In this document: one piece after another, positions 43,449-50,456 of the stretch
How positions within the stretch are numbered: the first letter of the stretch is position 1
How the letters are laid out: every line of letters starts with the position of its first letter
Origin: Alphaproteobacteria bacterium
Lineage (GTDB): Bacteria; Pseudomonadota; Alphaproteobacteria; JAPULJ01
Length of the DNA: 50,456 nt
Assembly (NCBI GenBank): GCA_027295145.1
Contig: JAPULJ010000020.1
Coordinates: forward strand, 1 to 50,456
Direction of reading: 5' to 3'
The notes under the pieces: generated by a model
Told to the model about the DNA's origin: nothing
The model's database searches: none
The model's input: only the letters and a program-made list of their open reading frames with translations
Translations under genes and position numbers: made by a program

Positions 43449-44711
43449 ATGGCTAAGCCGCGCGGACGCAACATGCCGCAGCCCTTGTCGACGAATAATC
43501 AGCCGACATTGGAAGACCAGTTCGATGGTCCTAAGCGCCGGGCCTATGACGAGGATTGCGGCTTCGTCATCGAAGAGAATTTCCAGCGCTTCAACGCCTG
43601 CAACGACGTCTTCTCCCGCGTGCAATGGGACGAAGGGGTGCGCAGCGAGAAGGGCATCAATTGGTTCAAGTCCATGTTTACGCACGGTCTCGGCGTGCGA
43701 AATACGGAAGGCTACCGGGCAAAGGATTTTGCGCTTCGTAACGCTGCCTGGGTCGGCTCAAATCTATTGATTGAGCGCAACCTAGCGAACGGGCGTCATG
43801 ACGGCTTCCTCGACGACCTTACCGGCTACGCGCCGCCCGCGCCGGTAAAGATCGAGATCGAGGACCCGGCGGAAATGGCTGCGGAGTTGAAGCAAGTAGC
43901 TCGGATCTTCGGCGCCGATCTCATCGGCATTACGTCAACCGACCTGCGTTGGCATTACAATCGGCGTTTCAGCGCCAAATCCCGGTCTGAAAAGGAGAAT
44001 GCCGATTGCTCGGAATTGCCCAACTGCATCGTCATCGGCACCGAAATGCCTGGTAAGGTGATCCAGACCTTCCCGTCTGCCCTGGCCGGCACGGCGGCTG
44101 GCTTCGGCTATTCGAAGGACGGGCTCGCCCTGATGTCGATCGCGCAGTTCATTCGCAACATGGGCTATCGGGCAATCGCCAGCCTCAACGACACCGCGCA
44201 GTGCATTCCATACGCCATTCAGGCGGGGCTCGGCGAATATGGCCGGCACGGGCTGGTGATCACCAAGCAATACGGTCCGCGCTTGCGTTTCGGGAAGATA
44301 TTTACCGATATGCCGCTGGCGCACGATCAGCCAGTGAAATTCGGGGTCAAGGAATTCTGCGACATCTGCCGCCGCTGCGCCGATGCCTGCCCTCCCAAGG
44401 CGATTCCCCACGGTGAGCCGGACGGCGCGCTCCACAACCAATCGAATTTCGTCGGCATTAAAAAATGGAACGTCGACGGCGAGAAATGTTTTAAGTTCTG
44501 GGCTAATCAGGGCACCGAATGCGGCATCTGCATCCGCGTCTGCCCTTACAATAAGCTGCCGGAAACCAAACTTGGCAAGATGTACTTCAGAAACTGGAAA
44601 TGGTTAGCCGGTACACGGCTGCGTCGCCTCGCCCTCTGGCTCGACATTAAGCTTCGATTTGGCGAGCGTTTTAAGCCCGATTGGTGGTGGAAGAACCGCC
44701 CAGGCTGGTAG
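43449..44711 (+). CDS. reductive-dehalogenase-family (RdhA/QueG-like) Fe-S protein, no Tat signal
   Basis: ARIFGADLIGITS motif and two cluster motifs: CDICRRCADACPPKAIP and C-x10-CGICIRVCPYNK. The N-terminus has no RRxFLK twin-arginine motif. AGGAGAG Shine-Dalgarno sequence. Confidence 0.65.
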   Translation: MAKPRGRNMPQPLSTNNQPTLEDQFDGPKRRAYDEDCGFVIEENFQRFNACNDVFSRVQWDEGVRSEKGINWFKSMFTHGLGVRNTEGYRAKDFALRNAAWVGSNLLIERNLANGRHDGFLDDLTGYAPPAPVKIEIEDPAEMAAELKQVARIFGADLIGITSTDLRWHYNRRFSAKSRSEKENADCSELPNCIVIGTEMPGKVIQTFPSALAGTAAGFGYSKDGLALMSIAQFIRNMGYRAIASLNDTAQCIPYAIQAGLGEYGRHGLVITKQYGPRLRFGKIFTDMPLAHDQPVKFGVKEFCDICRRCADACPPKAIPHGEPDGALHNQSNFVGIKKWNVDGEKCFKFWANQGTECGICIRVCPYNKLPETKLGKMYFRNWKWLAGTRLRRLALWLDIKLRFGERFKPDWWWKNRPGW

Positions 44712-44738
44712 ACGAATAAAAAAGGAATGGCATGAATT

Positions 44739-45200
44739 ATGGCAAGCAACGGAACTTGGAACGTTTATCTTTCGGGAGAAATCCATACCGACTGGCGCGA
44801 TCAGATCAAGACCGGCGTCGCGGCCCGAAATTTACCGGTCGACCTCGTCTCGCCGGTCACCGACCACGCGGTGAGCGACGATGTCGGGGTCGAAATATTG
44901 GGGCCCGAGGATGATCCTTTTTGGAAGGATCATAAGGGCGCGCGGGTAAACGCGATCCGCACCCGCACGCTGATCGCCAGCGCCGATGTCGTCGTCGTGC
45001 GCTTCGGTGACAAATACCGCCAGTGGAACGCCGCCTTCGACGCCGGATACGCCACCGCCCTCGGTAAACCGATTATCGTTCTGCACGATCCCTCGCTCAC
45101 CCATGCGTTGAAGGAGGTCGACGGCGCGGCGCTGGCCGTCGCCGAAACTCCCGAGCAGGTAGTTCGTCTCCTCGACTACACGATTAACGGACGGCTGTAA
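44739..45200 (+). CDS. YtoQ-family protein (nucleoside 2-deoxyribosyltransferase-like fold)
   Basis: WNVYLSGEIHTDWRDQIK... matches the YtoQ N-terminal pattern from memory; 153 aa. Confidence 0.65.
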   Translation: MASNGTWNVYLSGEIHTDWRDQIKTGVAARNLPVDLVSPVTDHAVSDDVGVEILGPEDDPFWKDHKGARVNAIRTRTLIASADVVVVRFGDKYRQWNAAFDAGYATALGKPIIVLHDPSLTHALKEVDGAALAVAETPEQVVRLLDYTINGRL

Positions 45201-45224
45201 GATTCTGTTTCGACAGCAGTAACG

Positions 45225-46151
45225 CTAATCGCGTTCCGATCGAACAGCCGGCAACCCCATCTGCCGGCAAACCGCATTGGTCAGAGGATTGGCGGGGTGG
45301 CGCATTTCAAGCAGGATCGAATAGTGGTCGACATCCTCGACTTCCATATGCGCTACCTGTTTGCCGGCGCCGTGGCAGAACTCGGCGTAGAGACGTGACT
45401 GGCGGATCCATTCGGGCGATTCGCCGAGGCCGACGGCGACAAAAATCGGCGCCTGCCCGATGGGCGCGTGCAGGAGCGGGCTAAAGGGCTCTATATCTTC
45501 GGGCCGCAGGCCGATCTCGGCGTTGACCAGGATCCATTGCACCGGTTCGAGATCGTAGATCCCGCTGATCAGACTGGCGCCCTTTATGGCTTCAATCGGC
45601 ACAGTTCCGCTTTCATCCGCCAGCGCCAACGCGGCGAGGTGGGCGCCGGCCGAGTGGCCGAGCAGGTGGAGGCGGTCAGGATCGCCCCCGTACTCGCCGG
45701 CATGGCCAGCGATCCAGGCGAGGGCGCGCCCAACCTGGGCGACGATCTCGCCGAGCCCGACGGCGGGGCAGAGATCGGTGTTGAGCGCAATGACGCAAGC
45801 CCCGGCGGCAACGAAGGGCTCGGCGATGAAGCCGTTGGCCCGGGCCGAGCCCGCGCGCCAATAGCCACCATGCAGAAAAACCAGGACAGGTGCATCGGCT
45901 TGGCTGGCCGGGTAGATATCGAGCGTCTCGCGCGGCCTCTCGCCGTAGGGAACGCCGAGCCGGCAGGTCAATCTCTCCCGCGCCTCGTCGCTGAGCTTCT
46001 CTCGGCGGGCCTGGATTTCCTCGACGTCCTCGATGATGGCGCGCGGGTCGAACTGGCGCTCGAACTCAGCCGCCGAATAGCGCGCGCCCCGGTATTCGAT
46101 CCGCCCGCCATGGTTCATGTCACTAACCTTTTGTCTATCGCCTACCGCCAA
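45225..46151 (-). CDS. alpha/beta hydrolase (arylformamidase/esterase-like)
   Basis: HGGYW oxyanion motif and nucleophile elbow GHSAGAHL. An alternative start at 46118 (MNHGGRIEY) is possible. Confidence 0.8.
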   Translation of the reverse strand: MAVGDRQKVSDMNHGGRIEYRGARYSAAEFERQFDPRAIIEDVEEIQARREKLSDEARERLTCRLGVPYGERPRETLDIYPASQADAPVLVFLHGGYWRAGSARANGFIAEPFVAAGACVIALNTDLCPAVGLGEIVAQVGRALAWIAGHAGEYGGDPDRLHLLGHSAGAHLAALALADESGTVPIEAIKGASLISGIYDLEPVQWILVNAEIGLRPEDIEPFSPLLHAPIGQAPIFVAVGLGESPEWIRQSRLYAEFCHGAGKQVAHMEVEDVDHYSILLEMRHPANPLTNAVCRQMGLPAVRSERD

Positions 46152-47077
46152 TCGTCGATGGCGAACTTCTCGGGGCGATTATAGCCTTCTGCAGCCGGGC
46201 GCATCATTGCGATTCCGTTCATTTCGGTGATGTAGCCGGCATCCTGCATGATCCGATATGTTTCCGAGCGGCCAACATTGGTTCCGACGATCACCTTGGC
46301 GAGATTGCGTTGCTCGGCATGGCTCTCGATCGCCGCAAGAAGGCGAGCGAAGCGGTCCGGCGCCTGTGCACCCGAGGCCGCACCGGCGAACTTGACCAGC
46401 ATCTGGCCTTCGCTGGCCTCGGAGTCCGGCCCGTGATGACAGACCGCGAAACCGGCGAGCCCGCGATCGTCGCGTAAAATGAGCGTTTCGCCCAAGCCCC
46501 CTGCAGCAATGGAACGGACTTCGCGCCGCAGATCGAGCCCCGGCTCGATTCCATGGGTGAGTGCCTGCATGGAATCCAACTCGCCCTCGGGGTCCGCGGC
46601 CTCGGAAAAGAGCGCCAGACCGACCGGTGCTTTTTCCGCCATGGGTGGCTTCGCCATGACCGCGATAATCCTCTGCATGACGAAGCCGTAATCTTCGTAG
46701 AGCCTGATGTGGGTCGGACTCTGGGGATGGGTGAAGAGGCCGGTAAAAGCGAAGTCCTCGTGCTCGATCACCTCGACCAGCGCCGTCATGATCCGGCGTG
46801 CGAGGCCGGTGTTCCAATATTTGGGCAGCACCGTCAGGGGCCCCAAAATGCACACGCTGCCCCAATGCATCATCAAACCGACCGCTGCCAGGGACCCATC
46901 GACATCGACCGCCATCGCCCCTTCGGGCCAGACCCGCCAACGCGGGCCGATCACATCGGCGCCGCGGCGGAAGGCCGAGGGGTCGGGCATGCCGTAGAAG
47001 GTGGAGAAGGCGGTCCTGTTGCAGATCCGGGCAGCTGGAAGGTCGGCTTCGGTGAGGGGGCGTGTTTCGACTTTCAT
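46142..47077 (-). CDS. GNAT-family N-acetyltransferase (two-domain)
   Basis: MKVETRPLTEADL... with a Q/R-x-x-G-x-A type acetyl-CoA loop (YWNTGLARRIM). Start at ATG 47077; the track's 47164 start overlaps the FAH gene. Confidence 0.7.
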   Translation of the reverse strand: MKVETRPLTEADLPAARICNRTAFSTFYGMPDPSAFRRGADVIGPRWRVWPEGAMAVDVDGSLAAVGLMMHWGSVCILGPLTVLPKYWNTGLARRIMTALVEVIEHEDFAFTGLFTHPQSPTHIRLYEDYGFVMQRIIAVMAKPPMAEKAPVGLALFSEAADPEGELDSMQALTHGIEPGLDLRREVRSIAAGGLGETLILRDDRGLAGFAVCHHGPDSEASEGQMLVKFAGAASGAQAPDRFARLLAAIESHAEQRNLAKVIVGTNVGRSETYRIMQDAGYITEMNGIAMMRPAAEGYNRPEKFAIDDWR

Positions 47078-47109
47078 GGCCGTCCTTTTGGCATGGCGCT
47101 CCTCTTGGT

Positions 47110-47967
47110 TCAGCCGGCCGCGCGGACCGGCACTTCCATCTCGCCGATCCCCTCGAAGGTGCAAGTCATGGTATCGCCAGGCTTGACCGGGGCGACGCCT
47201 TCACAGGTCCCCGTCATGATGATGTCGCCGGGGTGAAGCGTATAGAAGCTCGAAGCCCAGGAAACCTGTTTAGCGACCGATAGGATCATCTGGTCGGTAT
47301 TTGATTTCTGCCGCACCTCTCCGACCACCGACAACTCAAAATCGAGTGCGTCCGGGTCGGCGATTTCGTCCGCCGTCACCAGCCACGGCCCCAACACGGC
47401 GTAGCTTTCAACCGATTTGCGAAAGCTGCGATCCTCCGATCCCCGCACCGTCATATCGAGAGCAATGGCATAACCTGCGACATAATCAAGCGCGTCTTTC
47501 TCGTCGATTCCATCGGCGGTCTTGCCGATAATAACGCCGAGCTCGCATTCGTGGTCGGTGCGGCGGTCAGGGAAACGAACCGCTACCCCTTGTGAGGGGC
47601 CGACGAGCGAGCTGGTTGCCTTGAGGAACAGGCCCTGATCGATGACCGAGCCGGCAAACCGGGTCATGTCGATATCAGGGTCCGCGTGGGCTTCTGCGAC
47701 ATGCTTCCTGTAATTGACCGGCGTGCCAATGATTTTCGAGGGATTTGCTACCGGGCTCAACAGCTTGACCTCGCTCAAAGGGCGTCCGTCAACTTCATCG
47801 GCCGCTGATTCCATCGCCGGGCGAAAGCGCCCCAGGTTGGCGATCAGCGGATCGCCCTCGGGGTAGGGATAGATCAGCGAAAGCGAGGAGAGAACGCTGC
47901 TCACATCGTGGACGAGAGACTTACGGACGACGCCGAGCCGGTTGTCGTCGAACCAGCATATCCTCAC
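47110..47967 (-). CDS. fumarylacetoacetate hydrolase (FAH) family protein
   Basis: 285 aa. FAH C-terminal domain pattern: NYRKH..E, ELGVIIGK, and LHPGDIIMTGTCEGV. Confidence 0.85.
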   Translation of the reverse strand: MRICWFDDNRLGVVRKSLVHDVSSVLSSLSLIYPYPEGDPLIANLGRFRPAMESAADEVDGRPLSEVKLLSPVANPSKIIGTPVNYRKHVAEAHADPDIDMTRFAGSVIDQGLFLKATSSLVGPSQGVAVRFPDRRTDHECELGVIIGKTADGIDEKDALDYVAGYAIALDMTVRGSEDRSFRKSVESYAVLGPWLVTADEIADPDALDFELSVVGEVRQKSNTDQMILSVAKQVSWASSFYTLHPGDIIMTGTCEGVAPVKPGDTMTCTFEGIGEMEVPVRAAG

Positions 47968-49076
47968 TTCGTGCCCCAGACGTCGTCAGCCACGCCGACC
48001 AGAAGTTCGAGCTTCCTCTTCTCGTCGTCTTCGCTCAGCGGATTGCCGGCAACGGTGCTGGCGAAGCCGCATTGCGGGCTGATCGACAGGCGGTCGAGCG
48101 GCACGAATTTGGCGGCTTCCTCGATGCGCGCCTTGAGCCGATCGCGGTCCTCGAGCTGGGGCACCTTCGAGCTGACCAATCCGAGGACGACCCTCTTGTC
48201 CTTGGGCACGAAGCGCAGGGGCTCGAAACCGCCGGCGCGCTCGGTATCGTATTCGAGAAAGAAAGCGTCAACCTCAACGCGGCCGAAGACCTGCTCGGCG
48301 ATGTCGTCGTAGCCGCCCTCGGTGAGCCATTTTCCCTTGAAATTGCCGCGGCACATGTGCATCCCCGCTGTCATGCCCTTTGGCCGGCCGCCCGCAGCAT
48401 CGTTCATCGCCGTGATGTAAAGATCGATCAATCGCTCGGGATCGCTGCCGAAACCCTTCACCTGATCGCGAATATCGGGGTTGCCGAGCATGATCAACGG
48501 CACTTCGTCGAGTTGCACGTAGCGGCAGCCGAGCGCGTGAAGATCGGCGATTTCCCTTGCAAAGATGGCACAGAGATCGGCGAAGAAAGCCTCGTCTGTG
48601 TCGTAGCCCGAACCCTCGATAGTCTGTGAAAGGCGCCAGAAATGAAGGGTCGAAGGCGAGGGCATGGTGATCTTCGGCGTCGCCGTGGCGACCGAGTTCA
48701 GGAAGCTGAATTCCCCGGTCGAGATCGGCTTGGCTTTTTTGAGCCTGCCGGTGCAAGTAGCGGCGATGAAGGTCTGCTCCTCGCCGCCCTCGTCGTGGAA
48801 TGTGAACAGCGCCGGCGCCGTCCCCAGCCCTTCGATGGCATCAACCCAATGTCCCCAGTACGACGCACGGCGATACTCGCCGTCGGTGACCATCGCGAGC
48901 CCCGCCGTCTCCTGGAGCGCCACTACCTGGCGGATCGCATCCTCCTGGATCTTGTGGAACGCCGCATCGTCGATATCGCCGCCAGCGTGGGCACGAAACG
49001 CTTGGGTCAGCTCCCTGGGCCGGAGCAGACTGCCGAGATGTTCGGCGTGAAACGGGGGAGAATGGGGAGCTGTCAT
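47964..49076 (-). CDS. cobalamin-independent methionine synthase family (MetE C-terminal-like, YxjG/H-type) methyltransferase
   Basis: 370 aa. HLGSLLRP at the N-terminus. Zn-ligand contexts HMCRGNF and SPQCGFAS. 4-nt overlap with the FAH gene. Confidence 0.8.
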   Translation of the reverse strand: MTAPHSPPFHAEHLGSLLRPRELTQAFRAHAGGDIDDAAFHKIQEDAIRQVVALQETAGLAMVTDGEYRRASYWGHWVDAIEGLGTAPALFTFHDEGGEEQTFIAATCTGRLKKAKPISTGEFSFLNSVATATPKITMPSPSTLHFWRLSQTIEGSGYDTDEAFFADLCAIFAREIADLHALGCRYVQLDEVPLIMLGNPDIRDQVKGFGSDPERLIDLYITAMNDAAGGRPKGMTAGMHMCRGNFKGKWLTEGGYDDIAEQVFGRVEVDAFFLEYDTERAGGFEPLRFVPKDKRVVLGLVSSKVPQLEDRDRLKARIEEAAKFVPLDRLSISPQCGFASTVAGNPLSEDDEKRKLELLVGVADDVWGTK

Positions 49077-49144
49077 GGGTGCGCTTTCAGTGAAGCTGAG
49101 GGGAAATCAAGAATATCAATAGATCTATAGAAAAACAACTGCCG

Positions 49145-49165
49145 AAAAACGAGCGGACCGCGCTC
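49145..49165 (-). terminator. weak candidate intrinsic terminator after the acyl-CoA synthetase gene
   Basis: The minus strand reads GAGCG-CGGTC-CGCTC followed by GTTTTTC. The stem is only 5 bp and overlaps the stop codon. Confidence 0.35.
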
Positions 49166-50456
49166 AATCCTCCGGCGGTTTCAGCTTCCCCTTGATGATC
49201 TTGCGGGTTGGGGTAAGGGGCATTTCGTCCACCACGACCAGCTTTTCGGGCAGCTTGTTCTTGGCGATCTTGTATTTGAGCAGGTGATCGCAGAGCGCCT
49301 TCAAAGTTACATTTTTAGCGCCCGGAGAGAGAGTGACAAAGGCGCAGGCCTTCTCGCCGAGCACTTCGTCTTTCATCGGCACGATCGCCGACAGGGCGAT
49401 CTTGGGGTGGGCGTCCAGCAAATCCTCGATGTCGCGGGGATTGTATTTTACCCCGCCGCGGTTGATCACGTCCTTGATGCGCCCGGTTATCGCGACGTTG
49501 CCGTCTTTATCCGCAGTCGCCAAATCGCCCGTGCGGAACCAGCCATCCTCGGCAAACGCGGCCTCGTTGGCGGACGGGTTATTGTAATAGCCGGGGAACA
49601 GCAGGCATCCCCTGATCTGCAATTCACCTTCCTCGCCGGGGGCCTTCGATGCCCCGGTTTCGGGGTCGAGGATGCGGATTTCGGTTCCCGGGCTCGGTCG
49701 GCCGGCGGAATGGGCCGAGACCGCGAGCGGATCGCCGGGGCGGGTGTAGAGGCCGCCTTGGGTCTCGGTCATGCCCCAGAGCTGGGTCACCGCGCCATCG
49801 GGGATTTGTTCCTGGAACCATTCGACAAGCTCGGTCGGGCAGGCGCTGCCCGACATGATGACCAGCTTCAGCGAGGAGAAATCGTGTTTATCGACTAGCC
49901 CCATGCCCCGGCAGGCAGCGATGTGGGCTGGCGCGGTCCACAAGCCGGTCGGACGATCCCGCTCGATCAGGCTCGCCAGATCGGGCGGAGTGAAGACCGG
50001 CAGGAGGATGTTGCACGCGCCGGTGGCCATAGCGATGTGAAAGCTGTAGAGCCCGAAGAGGTGCGTGAAGGGCGCCGCCGAGACGATCAGATCATCGCTG
50101 GTTATCCCGTGCTCGGGCGCGCCAAGGCGGGCGTTCGACAGCATGTTGTGGTAGCTGAGCGGCACGCCTTTGGGCGCTGAGGTGGTGCCTGAGGTATAGA
50201 GCAGCAGGAACGGATCGGAAGCGACCGGCGGCTCCGGCAACGTGGCGTCTGTCTGGCTTTCGATCATCTCTGACAGCCCATGCGCACCCTTAACCGGCGG
50301 ACCCAGCGCGATCACATGGGCCAGCTTGGGACACTTCGATTTCAGCCCCAGCATCTGCTTGGCTGCTGCGTAGTCCTTGGCCGTCGAAAGGCAGATCACC
50401 GCTTTTGCCGAGGCATGCCCAAGCAGCGTCTCGCACTCGGCCGCACGGTAGGTCAT
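49164..50456 (-). CDS. AMP-dependent acyl-CoA synthetase/ligase, partial (N-terminus outside the window)
   Basis: LLYTSGTTSAPKGV, GELQIRGCLLFPGYY, TGD and a C-terminal KIIKGKL. The frame is open to the window edge. Confidence 0.88.
   Translation of the reverse strand: MTYRAAECETLLGHASAKAVICLSTAKDYAAAKQMLGLKSKCPKLAHVIALGPPVKGAHGLSEMIESQTDATLPEPPVASDPFLLLYTSGTTSAPKGVPLSYHNMLSNARLGAPEHGITSDDLIVSAAPFTHLFGLYSFHIAMATGACNILLPVFTPPDLASLIERDRPTGLWTAPAHIAACRGMGLVDKHDFSSLKLVIMSGSACPTELVEWFQEQIPDGAVTQLWGMTETQGGLYTRPGDPLAVSAHSAGRPSPGTEIRILDPETGASKAPGEEGELQIRGCLLFPGYYNNPSANEAAFAEDGWFRTGDLATADKDGNVAITGRIKDVINRGGVKYNPRDIEDLLDAHPKIALSAIVPMKDEVLGEKACAFVTLSPGAKNVTLKALCDHLLKYKIAKNKLPEKLVVVDEMPLTPTRKIIKGKLKPPED

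Noticed and set aside
43449-43560. Tat signal peptide on the RdhA-like protein.
   Set aside because: The N-terminus (MAKPRGRNMPQPLSTNNQPTLEDQFDG...) has no RRxFLK motif and no hydrophobic h-region.

Overview
This is a 50.5 kb, almost fully coding window. It is about 63-66% GC, except for a roughly 50% GC block at the left edge, and the gene content suggests an alphaproteobacterial (Rhizobiales-like) chromosome (inference). I saw no rRNA, tRNA, CRISPR array, transposase or integrase. Product calls rest on motif and family recognition from the translations; no database search was run, and several start codons are uncertain. Layout: (1) 1-3028: tail of a sugar-type ABC importer plus an amidase, low GC. 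(2) 3288-4240: a small FHA protein and a secreted cyclophilin. (3) 4306-17403: a co-directional, translationally coupled block with a MarR regulator, a three-domain molybdenum hydroxylase, a Cys-rich protein I recognise as 6-hydroxynicotinate-reductase-like, UPF0280, a Liv-type ABC importer, DUF1185 and an enamidase-like amidohydrolase. This is my best candidate for a poorly described N-heterocycle (nicotinate-type) ring-reduction pathway. (4) 17416-32945: a classical purine/urate catabolic regulon in two divergent operons, allA-alc-uraD-puuE-puuD-gntR and uraH-xdhABC-deaminase-BMP nucleoside ABC importer. (5) 33026-34000: a SRAP/YedK gene whose catalytic-Cys codon is preceded by ATC rather than ATG, a 35-bp palindromic tandem repeat, and a small zinc-ribbon ORF. 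(6) 35102-39328: a broad-spectrum mer locus (merR / unknown-merB / merTPAF) with two dyads of identical architecture and no visible mobile element. (7) 39393-41737: an ECF sigma, a putative anti-sigma, a CpxP-like protein and a six-EF-hand secreted protein. (8) 41869-50456: acyl-CoA ligases, a cytoplasmic reductive-dehalogenase-like Fe-S protein with YtoQ, and a MetE-like/FAH/GNAT/hydrolase operon.
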